A DNA stretch of 64,000 nucleotides from Callorhinchus milii (Eukaryota). The notes under the pieces were generated by a model. That model did not search any database. It was given only the letters and a program-made list of their open reading frames with translations, and was not told the DNA's origin. Shown piece after piece: positions 22,301 to 34,800 of the stretch (position 1 is the stretch's first letter; each line of letters opens with the position of its first letter). The stretch is taken from positions 868,001 through 932,000 of the forward strand of contig NW_024704751.1 in NCBI RefSeq assembly GCF_018977255.1, given 5' to 3'. The translations under genes and the position numbers were made by a program.

Positions 22301-25300
22301 CAAGAGACAGAGCTGGGGTAATCAGAAGCTGGTGCACAAGGGTTAAAACTACACACTCAATGTTTAACCCCCAAAAAGTACAGCACAGAAGAATGCCATT
22401 CAGCCCATTGTGTGTGTGTGCCGCTCTTTGCAGGAACAATTCATTGAGTCCCATTTACCCGGCTTTCCCCCACTCACCTGCGCAGAAGCGCAATGGCAGA
22501 CAGAGAGATAGATACTTGGAAAGCAAGAGTGTTAAGATATGAAAGAAATGGAAATAGGAATTAAAGACATTAAATTCGGGGGCTAAAAGATGATGCCACA
22601 GGCTCACCAGGCTGAATCGACTACCTCTTGTAAATGATATGCCATTAAACGGCAGATTGTTGGTGACATTTTCCACCCAATTTCTCCCCCATATTTATGC
22701 TGCTCACTAATCATATATCCACGAGACATTACCTAATGTGGGTGAGACTGATGTACATCAAAAAGGTTTCCCCGTTTTCGTAGAGAATGTAGAGCGGGTG
22801 GACCTGCACCTCCTCTTTGAACCGCTGTCCTGGAGCCAATCCCACAGGACCAAAGTCAAATGCAATTGCTGTCTCTCCCAGCGACGCTGTGTACGAACTG
22901 CACAGAAACAGGACAAAACCCTTAGTAAATAAATAGTACTCCCTAATATTTTATTAAAATAGAAACTTTTAGACATATAGATCTGACATCTCCTGGTGTT
23001 ATGAGAGAAAGCATTTTTATAATAAGAATAAAATCGGCACGGTGTATGGTTAGCGTGCATTTTTACCGTGTGGTCGGCAGAATGCTTTCCTCCTCACTCT
23101 GAGTGAGGCAGAACACCTTCACTGGAGTCTGGGGTCTCTTCAGATTGTAGAACCTATTGAGGAACAAAATAAGATGAATTAGACATTGTTAAAGACTCGG
23201 GTTTTCGTTGTTCTAAAGGAGTGACCACAAATCTCACCTTCTCCCCCATATCTCGGAGAGCTTTTACTGCTGCAACATGGGGCTTACGCACATTGTTAAC
23301 GCAGTATTAAGTGAAGTTATGTGTTTCTCCTGCTCTCTCCAGACCTATCAAAATCTAATGTCACAGCACCTTTCACAAAAGTACATCTCGAATCACTTCG
23401 CAAAATGGGATTCATATGATGTGAATGTTATCGGAAGCAAAGGGAATAAAAGTCATTTCATGAATCTAATACAACTGGTGGAATCACATTGGATCATGTG
23501 AAAAAGGTACGTTACCTGATGCAGTTATCAGAGGTCAGGAGCACAATATGAGGCTCCTCTGATTCACTGGGATACCAGGCAGCATGTCTCAGAGTCAGTG
23601 ATGTTGAACTAGTAAAGAATCTTTCTGCTACAGGAACCGTTCTGGCAACACAAAGAACTCAATTCAGTCTCTACACCACAATGATCTCTCAAAGATGCAA
23701 GAATTCAACTCATGAAACGAAAATGTGTCCTGACTCACCGGCAATTAATCTTGACCTTTCCGCCCTCAAACTCTGACCTCTTCCCCCATCGTTGTGGCAG
23801 TTCCAACACCATCAGCCCTTTGGTTCCAATAAGTAGCACATGATGCTGCGTCGAGCTGAGCAAAACTTTGTTAACTTCAAACAGGGGAGGGTTTATGCAT
23901 AATAATATCTGTGGGACGAATGGGTAAACAGCAACAAATAAAGCTCAATACAATAAATATTTGTTGCTGTTCAAAACTGGCTGCTGCGTTTCGCCCACAA
24001 AATATACAGTCAATTCATTTTACAGTATATTCTGTGAAGTGCTTTGAGACATCTTGAAGTCATGATTAGGTGCTATTACAGATGCAAGTATTATTATTAT
24101 TTGTCCACCAAAGAGAGGGCAGCAGGAGAAACTCCCGTGTCTTATCAAACAGTGCTATTTAACCTTCATCTGAACAGGGCACAGGCAGGACCTCAGTTTA
24201 ATAATAATAAAAATACTTGCATTTGACATAACGTCTTATTACGTCATTGAGACGCCTCCGACTACATGTCTACAGCATCAGCACATCTGCAAGATCAAAG
24301 TGCTGGATCCCACAATCTCCTGCCTCGGAGGTGAGAGTGCGACTGATCTATTAGGGTGGTATCTCCCCTTCTTCTTCCATCATTATAGTTAGGAATAGAC
24401 TGGCTTCTTTGCCTTGGGTTTGGCATAAAACCTACTGTACCTAGACTAACATTGGGAAACTTAGGGCACGAATTCCAATCTTCTTTCCCACAAACTATTA
24501 GCAGCTGGTTTGTCCTCGCTGATACCCTGGAGACATAGCATCCATATGCCTTGTCCGGGTTAGACACCGGCTTCCTGCTCAGCCTTCACACCCTCCACCC
24601 CACCATTGGAGGTTGTGCTTTCAGCCACTGTGTCCCGAAACTTGGAACACTCTGCCTTAATCCCTTTCGCCATGCCCCCTCTCTCTCCCCTCTTTCAAGT
24701 CCCGCCTGAAAACTTTCCTCTTTGACTGTGCTTACGGCCACCTCCCCCGGCTCGGAGTCAGGCTCCGACACTGTTAAGTGCTCTGAGGTGCTACCCTGCG
24801 TGGAGGGCGCTATGTAAGTGCAAGTTGTTGTACTGAATAGTAGGACCGGAGGACACGGCCTGCGATTGAAGGGGGTTAAGATCAAAACAAACCTGTGGAA
24901 ACATTACTTCAGTGAGCAAGGAGTAAACATATGGAACAGGCTCCCCAGTGAGATGGCGGAAGCTGAAAGTGTTGGATTATTTTCAAGAACAAGTGAGACA
25001 GATTTCTGTTAGGAAATAATATCTCGGGATACGGTATATAATTTGAGATATGACGTGTGAATGCGACGGCCAGGATGGTGGAACGCAATCTGGATGGATC
25101 TCGGTCTCCTTTCGTGTAGCAATTCTTACGTCTTTAGTCCCCGCTGACCGGACAACAAGGAAGTCCGACAGACAGACAGACAGACAGTGAGTGGGAAGCT
25201 GTGTGGGTTTAGCGGGTTAGACTCCAGCCGTTACCCCAATGCCCGCTCTGGGGTTGGGGGTCCCCAAGCCTTGGCTCTTACCAACCTGTGCCTAATACTC

Positions 25301-25704
25301 CCTGGAACTTGGTAAGCAGGACGCGTCCCTACACTACAGGGACAGCGCGCATTCTGTCCCTGGGATCGCCATGTGCAGGTGGGACGCTGGAGTTCTCAGT
25401 TTGGGTCGGAGACTCTCAAGCCACAGTGACGGGTTTCCCTGTGTGTCAGTAGGTCAGGAGGTCAGGGCCCAGCGAGCGCGGTTACCTGGTAACTGCTCTC
25501 CGCTGCCTCGGCGCCAGCGTTTAGGCCCCTGAGGTTGCTGGTGTAAAAGACGCTCTGCGCGTCATCCCAGATGAAGAAGTCCCCGTCCAGGCAGAAGACG
25601 AGGTTCTTGTCGAGCTTCGCGGCGGGGCCGTGGGCCTCCTTCAGGCGGTTCAGGAGATCGTGCTGAGGCAGCGCACTCCACCAGCGCTCGCCGCCCGCCG
25701 CCAT
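16306..25704 (-). CDS. NUP88: Nuclear pore complex protein Nup88, 17 exons, ~712 aa once an apparent 1-nt deletion in exon 7 is corrected
   Basis: Exons 25486-25704, 23739-23908, 23516-23641, 23067-23153, 22733-22897, 22051-22237, 21788-21940 (frameshift), 21518-21616, 20828-20918, 20513-20617, 20022-20174, 19792-19917, 19236-19301, 18607-18687, 17627-17753, 16852-16970, 16306-16369. Conserved peptides [125 protein letters not shown], ending RLHVNF*. Confidence 0.95.
17124..18404. repeat. Inverted repeat, arms 17124-17310 and 18222-18404 (Deu-SINE-derived), flanking NUP88 exon 15
   Basis: Manual alignment gives about 7 substitutions and two 2-nt indels over ~185 nt. Confidence 0.92.
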
Positions 25705-26082
25705 CTTCAAACCGCCTGGGGCATGCCGGGAGCTGTAGTCCACCTTCCCGCCCACTGCCTACAACTACCATGGTGCACTGCTCCTCCTCCCCCCCCGCAC
25801 TCCCTCACCCACAATGCAGGCGCATTGTGTCATGCGTGACATGCCGGGTACTGTAGTCCACCGTCCCCCCCAGAGCCTTACACACAGCCCCGACTTTGCC
25901 TCCATTTCCCATAATCCCTCGCCGCCATGTATGCCGGGGGTTGCCGTTCGCCCGCGTGTGGAAGGTTAACAATTCCCGTGTGGCAGCGCGCGGCTCCTGC
26001 GCAGTCACTCTCCTGCCGGCGGTAACCAGGGTGACGGAGGGGCCGCGCGGCTCTCTTAAGTTTGCAGCGGTTTGAGGGAAAC
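25698..26082. promoter_or_regulatory. Bidirectional CpG-island promoter shared by NUP88 and RPAIN, with several ZNF143/SBS-type motifs
   Basis: The two ATGs are 378 bp apart, head to head. GACTACAGCTCCCGGCATGC (-, 25721-25740), GACTACAGTACCCGGCATG (-, ~25840-25858), CCCACAATGCA (25808-25818), TTTCCCATAATCCC (~25905-25918), YY1-like CCGCCATCTT (25698-25707), E2F-like TTCCCGCC (25745-25752). Confidence 0.75.
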
Positions 26083-29000
26083 ATGGAGGCGGCCCGGAGG
26101 CGCCAGGCTCTGTACAAGAGCAGCCCGCCACCCTGGAAAGAGACGTACAGGAAGGTGAGCGGGGTTTCCTCCCTACGGAGCTGAGTCTGAGGCCTGTACT
26201 CGTGTGACTGGGCGTCTGCCTGTACTCGCTGTCACTGGGCGTCTGCCTGTACTTGTGTGACTGGGCGTCTGCCTGTACTTGTGTGACTGGGCGTCTGCCT
26301 GTACTCGTGTGACTGGGCGTCTGCCTGTACTCGCTGTCACTTACATGGCGTCAGCTTGCACATGTGTGCGGATGACACCCAACTCTATCTCTCTGCCTCA
26401 ACCCTGGATTCCAGGCCCCACTGCTGTTCTGACAGAATGTCTGTCAAGTCCTGGATGAGAGCGAACTTTCTACAGTTGAACGTCAGCAGGACTGAGGCTC
26501 TCTTGATTGGCTCCCGTCAGCGCCTCCTCACCTCAGGCCCTGACAGTATCAGTAGCCATGGATGCACATTCCACCTTGCTAAGCCATTCAGGAACCTAAG
26601 GTGTCTTGTTCGACCCTCAACTGTCCTTTCTGACCAACATCGGTGCCATGACGCACTCTGCTTTTCCCCACCTTCACAACATCACCTGACTCCACCACTG
26701 CCTCACCCCTCAGGCCACCAAAACCCTCATACATGTCTTCATTGTATCCAGGCTCGACTATGCCAATGCCGTGCTCGTCGGTCTCCTCAACTCCTCCCTC
26801 CATAGGCTGCTGATCATCCAGAACTCTGCAGCCCTTGTCCTCTCCCGCACCAGGCTCCGTGACCCTATCACCCCCATCCTCGCCCGACTCCACTGGCTTC
26901 CCATCACACAGAGGATACTGGTCCTCACCTTCAAAGCCCTCCATGGTCTTGCTCCTCCCTACCTCTACGACCTGCTAATCCCCTACTAATCCATCCGCTG
27001 CCTCCGCTCAGCGGGCTCCGGCCTGCTCCACATCCCCCACCCCACCATTGGCGGGCGAGCCTTCAGTCACTGTGCCCCCACCCTCTGAAACTCCATCCCA
27101 CAGCCCCTCCGCCTCGCCCCCCTCTTACCTCCAAGACCCGTCTCAAGACCCTCCTATTCGACCGTGCCTTTGGCCTCACCCCTTGCCCTCCACCCTCCCT
27201 GATCCCAATCCCCAGCTCGGACACTGATTGTCCAGCGCCTTGGGCCGTTGTTCCGACGTGAAAGGCACTTTATAAATGTTATTTTGTTGTTGTTTTTGCC
27301 CCAAATCTATTCCCACATCTGCTTGCCAGCGATGTATGGAAAGGCTAAAGAACAACCGAGCAAAGTTTTTGGAGCAATACCGACATGTGGAAGTGGACTC
27401 AGTCCGTAGCCTCAACGGACCACTTCTTGTACAAGAGGTGATGGAAGAAGAATGGAGAGCTTTGACATCCCAGGACCGAGCTCTCCCGTCATTTGCTGAG
27501 GTCAGTGTACGATTACGTATTTTGACGAATCATGGAGAAAGAGCGGGAGAGTGGGACTGATTGTGTAGCTGGCACAGGCACGATGGGCCGAATGGCCTCC
27601 TTCTGTGCTGTAATATTCTTTGATTATAGGATTCTTTTTGGTTAGTTGGCAGCCGACCATTTCTGTTGGGTTATGTTGAAGCTAATGGTTTGCCTCAATA
27701 GCTAAAGCTAGCTTCTCAATGAAGAGAATCATTTTAGAGGACTGTAGCATTTCATACAAGTATATTTTGCTTTTAAAAAATTGATGCCTGAATTGGGACA
27801 ATTATACAATTTGCACTCTTCACTTGCGGTAGTGTCTTGGAGCACTCATCATGTATAAGAATGAAATATTTTTTCCATTCCTCTGGTTCTGTTTTTGAGC
27901 TGACTGGAGCCCTGCAGTAATAACACATGTTGTTTTGGTTGTTTACCCAGGTGCTGGATATGCTGGAAGATGAAAGTGACCTGACAATACTGGAAGAGAT
28001 TCAACAGGAGCTCATCGCAGAAGGTTTTGAAAATAAACACTTCCTTTCACTCCCCTATGACCTGTCCAAAAATCTTCCAGATGAATTAGTCCCTTCATGG
28101 CTGTTTCTGGAACCTTGTGTGTGTTTCAGATACAGTAACCACACATCAGAAATTGCCTTCAAAGCCATTTCAGCTGTTTCCAAAGTTCTAGGCACTTTAT
28201 CAAATGCAAGTATTATTATGTCTACACCAGCCAGATCTCACTGCAGTCCTCCCCTGGCTTCACCAGGTGTGTCTCCACAGAACTCACTTGACAAACTTTT
28301 TTTTGACAATCCCTGTACTGAGACATTGTTTCTGCTGCATTTCCTGCAGAACAAGCCACCCGAGAGGAGTACGAGGCCAGCCTGCGTTTTGATGAAGCCT
28401 GTTTGAATGCAGTTATTGAAGACTTTCAGGTCAATGACAGGCTTATATGCCCTGTGTGTAACGGGTGAGTACTGGATGTTGGAATTGGCCCACCTGCTGG
28501 ATTTATGGCTAATAACTTTCAATAACTTTCATTCAACAAACAAAAATGTTCAGGGGGGTGATTGGCGAGGGAATAGAGAGCTGGTAGGCTGGGTATTGGA
28601 TTGGTCGGTGGGTCAGTACACTCTCATTCCGTGGATGCGTTTCAGTTAAAAAAAAGACATACTGTTAATCTAATGTAATTTTTGTTTCACAGGAACTATA
28701 TGCACGTGACCAACGAGTGTGTGTCTTGCACGTGTGGAATGTATATTGATACCTGGGTAAGTTTGGCTGTGTATCATCAAGATGCTTTCAATAAAATTAA
28801 TCATTTTCCAGCCCTCCCCAAAGGCCTGTCTGAATGCTCTCTGGAGACTTGCTGCCTGTGAGCTCGCTGTCAGGTATCAGCACCAGTGAAACCTCGTGTG
28901 GGACTCTCAGGAATTGGGCAACTCACTGTTCAACGCATGTTTTTCAGTTGTGATGGAGGTCATTCTCTCCACGCTGCTGAAACTCTGGTCCACGCCTTTA

Positions 29001-30292
29001 TCACCTCAAGGCTGGACTATGGGAACTCTCTCCTCGCCGGCCTTCCCGGCCCTCCCTCCACACTGCAGGTCATTCAGAACTCTGCAGCTTGTGTACTGTC
29101 CCGCACCAGACACCGCGACCACATCACTCCCACCCTCGCCCTCGCTCACCTCCACTGGCTCCCCATCCCCCAGAGGATCAATTTCAAGATCCTCATCCTC
29201 ACCTACAAGGCCATTCACGGCCTCGCTCCCTCCTACCTCTCCGACCTACTATCGCCCACCTACCTACCGATACCCTCCGTTCCTCTGGCTCTGGTCTGCT
29301 CCACGTCACCCGCCCCAACCGCCCTACCATCGGTGGTCGGGCCTTCAGCCTCTCAGCCCCGAGGCTCTGGACCATTTCCCCCCTCCTCGTTCCCTCCCTT
29401 CCCTCCCCTCACCCTGACCATTTCCCCCCTCCTCGCTCCCTCCCCTCCCCCTGACCATTTCCCCCTCCTCGCTCCCTCCCTTCCCTCACCCTGACCATTT
29501 CCCCCTGCTCGGGTCCCGACCCAACTGTCCAGCGCCTTGGGATGTCCTCCCGACGTGAAAGGCGCTCTATAAATGAAATCTTGTTGTTGTTGTCATTCAA
29601 CCCAGTGCTAGATCTAGTTTTCCACTGGAGCTCGCCAATCCCATTCCCTTTCTCTCTCCACATCAAGTCTGTGTGTTGATGTTTGCTTCCCCACTTGAGC
29701 TCACTATGATAGTCCCATTCCCTGCTATCTTGTCAGTGTCAGTGAGCAGGGTGTGATGTATTGAGTTTGTCCCTCAGAACATGACGACACAACAGCTTCG
29801 AGCAGTGCTGGAGCGCGGAGTGACGGAGCACAGCAATCGGTGCATGTGTCAGCCGAGCTTCTCAGTAGCAGACAGCACAGATACCAAACCTGTGCTGCTC
29901 ATGAGCTGTCAGGTGGGTGGAGCAGATTGACACGGTCACTGGGTTTGGCAGCCACAATTGATAACTGATCGGGCGAGCTGGCAGTTTGCTGAATGTTGTA
30001 TGTATGTGGGGACGGGGGACGGGGACGGGGTGTGAATGCCGGAGTTTTGCTGCGAAATCTCAGCTCGCTAGCTGGACGTGTTAAGAGATCCACAGTCTTG
30101 CACCCCAACAGAATGCCGGAAGTTGGTTTGAGCTCACACCGTAGACATGTATTGCTCTACTTTTGATTTAAAGACAGCAAATTTTTACACACACGCGCAC
30201 GATAAAGGTTGTATCGCAGTGCAGTGTAAAAGGTTCTAAAGCCGGAGCACTTTTGTTTGCAGGCTTGTGATTTCCTGTCCATCCTCCTGTAA
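26083..30292 (+). CDS. RPAIN: RPA-interacting protein, 7 exons, 219 aa
   Basis: Exons 26083-26154, 27330-27500, 27951-28023, 28350-28464, 28693-28756, 29778-29912, 30263-30292 (TAA); 660 nt in frame. N-terminal LYKSSPPWKETYRKRCMERLKNNR, VQEVMEEEW, LEEIQQEL, and a C-terminal Cys/His zinc-binding region (CPVC..CTCG..EH..C..SCQACDF). Confidence 0.93.
26192..26340. repeat. 26-27-bp minisatellite (GCCTGTACTCGTGTGACTGGGCGTCT), ~5.5 copies, in RPAIN intron 1
   Basis: Direct tandem repeat. Confidence 0.9.
26341..27295 (+). mobile_element. L2-clade LINE fragment (RT C-terminal part, 3' UTR, (GTT)n tail), degenerate
   Basis: HMCADDTQLYL (YADD-like), NFLQLNVSRTE, RLDYANA, IQNSAA..LSRT, ITPILARLHWLP, FKALHGLAPPYL; tail cgtgaaaggcactttataaatg...ttgttgttg. 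Confidence 0.85.
28966..29593 (+). mobile_element. L2-clade LINE 3' fragment, young
   Basis: AETLVHAFITSRLDYGNSLLAGLP...HITPTL..LHWLPIPQRINFKILILTYKAIHGLAPSYL; tail gacgtgaaaggcgctctataaatgaaatcttgttgttg. Confidence 0.88.
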
Positions 30293-31809
30293 CTGCCTGT
30301 CATCGCCCCGAGCTGGAACGAGAGTAACCGCCAAATAGGGAGGACCCACCCACTCCTGGATTGTACTTCAATTCCCAGTGCAATTGTGTTTTTGTTTATT
30401 TTATATTATATATTAAAATTATTTTTTGTGTGTGTAGACTTGGAATCGAGTTTCTAATTGGGATACTATTGGAAAGCACAGCCGGATTGATTATTTCGAG
30501 TAAATAAAATGGATTATAATTTAAAGGCCTTTCAGATTGCAATGAACAAAATTGGATAAATAATCTGCTGGGAGCTGTGCGTCTGACCTTGTGTTGAAAA
30601 GCCGTGGCTCAGGTTATGCTGCTCACTCAATAAATGCAGATCATTTCTCCTGTAATCAGATTACAAGGCTGTACAGAAGGACCTATTACCCTTAGGGAAT
30701 GGAGCATAACCCTACCTGTCAGCTTCACCTGCCTGATCACCTCCATTTAATTATGGCGTGCGCGAGAGGCATCAGCTGGTGAGAAATTAACCTGACCAGA
30801 TAGAGTGGTAACTAACTTGAGACAAATACAAACTCGCAGCGAGCTGGGAGCAGTTAATTCAGTGTGAGCTGCCTCCAGTATTTATTCCCAGGAGTAAACG
30901 CACACATAGCATGAAGTGAAGTGTCTGGGACCAGACTCGAGGCACAGCAATGCTCAGCCTGGGATCTGGCATTACCTGGGGAAAGTTGGAACGTTCAGGT
31001 CGGAAGCAGCCACTGATAACGGTGCTTGTGTCTCCTGGGAGCAATGGGGCTGGGAACTGGTCTCTGAGGGACATTCACAACACAGGAGCAAACACAGTAA
31101 TCGCATCCTTGGCCACTAGGTATTCTGTATCAGTGACAAGTTACTGTTGAATAGAGATGGTGTGATATGCTTTCTGCACCTAATAAAAATTATTTACATC
31201 AGTGGGCTTGAGCCTGGCTCCAGGCTTTTAACAGATGTTAACGAGCTACTGGATACAGAAATGGCTTTGATCTCAAGAGGCAATCATGCAATTCTACGAA
31301 GTTAAAGGAGCCATTGTAGTAGATGTGCCAATAGCTGACCACTGAGATGAAATCTTACTCGTAACCTTGGGTAGAAACTGCAACAACTCTTAAAAAAAAG
31401 GCATCCGTTAATAGGCACAGAGCAGTCCAGGCTCCTCTCCTCAATAACCGATCAGTGTGTTGTGTTTGTGATTCTCGCTCATTTATTCTGGCTTTTTTTG
31501 TACAATCTGTATTTGCTGTGTTACAGAACACAGTGCGAATCAGACAGGTAGACGGAGAGACATATGTCCACACTCATTGGGTTGAACACTTCCATGATTG
31601 CCTTATAATCCTCAAGACTTCCATCACACAAGCAGCTCGTACTGAAGGGTGAGGGGGAACGTTAAGTTACACAGAACCGTTCAGAAAAGTAATTGGAGAA
31701 TACATTTGTACAAAAACTACAGCGAAAGTCCAGAGACGGATGTTGCCATCATGGTTCCATCTAAATTATCATCAAAACACTGATGTAAAGGATCAGGTGT
31801 GTTAAGCTA

Positions 31810-34800
31810 TCAGCACTTAATAAACCCCTTCAGCTCTTCCAGGAACCTGATATACTCCTGGTGTTCCAAAGCAGTGCTCAACTCCATCAGCTCGTCAGCA
31901 AAGGTGTTGTCAATCCCCCGATCAGCCAGGAAATCCATGAGGTGGTCGTACAGAGCCTGCGGGAAGTGGAGCCGAGTTAGTGTCCGTGACTCAACAGAGG
32001 CTCGTAATAAAACCCAAACTGTGCAGAAGCTGGAATCAAATGTTAATCAGAGTGGCAAGATTTTGTAAGACGCTGTCCCGAAAAACCATTCATGTGACAA
32101 TAAAATCAATCGAGGGATTTAAGAAAAAGATCGACGTGTACTCTGGGAATAGAAATATTAAAGAAGATGTCAGGGAAATGGGATTAGGGGAAGGGGTAGT
32201 GTGTAGCTCACAGGGAATGGTCTGTGGCAGAGCAGGCTTCATGGACTGAATAGCCTTCCCTGTTAACATTCCTTGTTTAAACACACACCCAGTCCCTCTA
32301 TGGAACACACCTAGTGTGACACTCACCCAGTCCAGCGAGTCTGTGTTCAGTGTGTAGCTGGTCTCCTTCCAGTCAGTGTCTCCCATGGGCTGGAAGCTGA
32401 CCTCGCGGATGGTGAAGATGTCACTATCATCCTCCTCGCCATGTGCCACCTGGAGACAACAATCATGGGGTCAGAGCCATGGGGACAGGACAAGGAACTG
32501 CGAGTGTCATTGAGCAAACCCGCTGCTGGGGAACAAACAGCAGCCTTTAAATATGACGTTTCTGCTGTTTGATATGTGCGAAATTCTTGTTCATTGAATC
32601 ATAGAATATTACAGCACAGGAGGAGGCCATTCGGCCCATCATGCCTGTGCCGGCTCTTTGGAAGAGCAAGTATTTTAAAGTATGTTGTTAACAAAAAACA
32701 AAGCACGAACAATGAAATCTAATTACCTTTGTCCCCAAATCGTATCTTTAGAATTTCAAAAGGAGGGCTCAGGTGTGGCAGACAAGGGGCGGTGGGGCAG
32801 AGATTAGGACAAAAACTAGGAAATGCTGGAGGGGAATTGAGAGCTGGGACGGTTCAGTGGGAAGGGGGTTGAGGCGAGGCAGGGCACAGGGACTAATTTA
32901 AGGAGATGCTTAATGCTGGAATGGGAAGGCGGAAGGGTGGGTAATTGTGGAAGAATGAGGTCGGAGTTGCAGAGAGGGTTGTCTTGATCTGAACATTTCC
33001 TGTGAGGTCACACCACAAACTCCCTCCACACGTCGCGGGGAAACAGCTACAAACGGCTGTACATAAACACTGGCGGCACATCACACGCACCTCACTCTCG
33101 GGGTAATGACAGTCAAACACCAGGTTCTGGCTGCCGGACAGCTTAGTCACTTCTACAACAAAGTTAGGCGTGGAGACGATTTCAGGCTGTAACGGAACAG
33201 ACAGGATTCATTCAGTTACAAGGCGGCAGACAGTTGTCAGTGAATCCAGCAACAGTAAGTAAACAAACCGCCTCTCCTTCACGTCACATCACATCACATC
33301 CAGCAGAGTTCAGCCATTCAGGCAAAACTATAGCACAAAGCACAGTGCCGGTACCAGGGGAACTCTGTGAATGGCAGAGAGGCACAAGACAACCGGTCTC
33401 ACTCAGCACAAACCTTTAACCCATCTTTTTCTGCTTTCAGATAGGAAGCAAAGTCCCAGCGTGTGCCACCAAACCCATCACTGCCCTGTGACATGTGCCA
33501 CCAAACCCATCACTGCCCTGTGACATGTGCCACCAAACCCATCACTGCCCTGTGACGTGTGCCCACGTGTGCACATGGAATCGTAGTGTTTCACAGCCCA
33601 GAAAGCAGCGCCTCAGCCCTGTGCCGGCTCGCGGTCCAGCCCCCCCCACCCTGCTCTCGGTCCAGCCCCACTCCCCTGCTCTCGGTCCAGCCCCACTCCC
33701 CTGCTCTCGGTCCAGCCCCCCCCACCCTGCTCTCGGTCCAGCCCCACCCCCCTGCTCTCGGTCCGGCCCCACCCCCTGCTCTCGGTCCGGCCCCACCCCC
33801 CTGCTCTCAGTCCAGCCCCACCCCCCTGCTCTCGGTCCGGCCCCACCCCCTGCTCTCGGTCCGGCCCCACCCCCCTGCTCTCGGTCCGGCCCCACCCCCC
33901 TGCTCTCGGTCCAGCCCCACCCCCCTGTTCTCGGTCCAGCCCCACCCCCCTGCTCTCGGTCCAGCCCCACCCCCCTGCTCTCGGTCCAGCCCCACCCCGC
34001 TGCTCTCAGTCCAGCCCTCGGTCCAGCCCCACCCCCTGCTCTCGGTCCGGCCCCACCCCCCTGCTCTCGGTCCGGCCCCACCCCCTGTTCTCGGTCCAGC
34101 CCCACCCCCCTGCTCTCGGTCCAGCCCCACCCCCCTGTTCTCGGTCCAGCCCCACCCCCCTGCTCTCGGTCCAGCCCCACCCCCCTGCTCTCGGTCCAGC
34201 CCCACCCCGCTGCTCTCAGTCCAGCCCCATCCCCTGCTCTCGGTCCAGCCCCACCCCCCTGCTCTCGGTCCAGCCCCACCCCCCTGCTCTCGGTCCAGTC
34301 CCACCCCGCTGCTCTCAGTCCAGCCCCATCCCCTGCTCTCAGTCCAGCCCCATCCCCTGCTCTCGGTCCAGCCCCATCCCCCTGCTCTCAGTCCAGCCCT
34401 CGGTCCAGCCCCAACCCCCTGCTCTTTCCCCAAATCCTTTTATAGTTTCTTTTTACAAACATGTCTTAATTCTCCTTAATCCGCGTCATGACTGGCACTG
34501 CCTACCACCACCTCGGCAACAATGCCAGACTCCGCCACTGCCTCACCCCTCACCCACGCATTCGTCACATCAAGGCTCAACTACGGGAACCCCCTCCTCA
34601 TCGGCCTTCCCAACTCTTCCCTTCACAAGCTGCAGATCATCCAGAACTCTGCAGCTCATGTACTCTAATGTACCAGCCTTCACGACCCCATCACTCCCAC
34701 CCTCACCCGACTTCATTGGCTCCCCATCCCCCAGAGGATCAAATTCAAGATCCTCGTCCTCACTTTCAAGGCCATCCATGGCCTTGCCCCCTCCTACCTC

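Noticed and set aside
16306-25704. Calling NUP88 a pseudogene
   Set aside because: A single indel with all other exons, splice sites and the promoter intact; assembly error is more parsimonious.
33495-34479. Pro-rich and Gly-rich ORFs, and similar ones at 3573-4324, 38156-39133, 48098-49881 and 52378-52976
   Set aside because: Tandem or simple-repeat translations, apart from the real exons some of them overlap.
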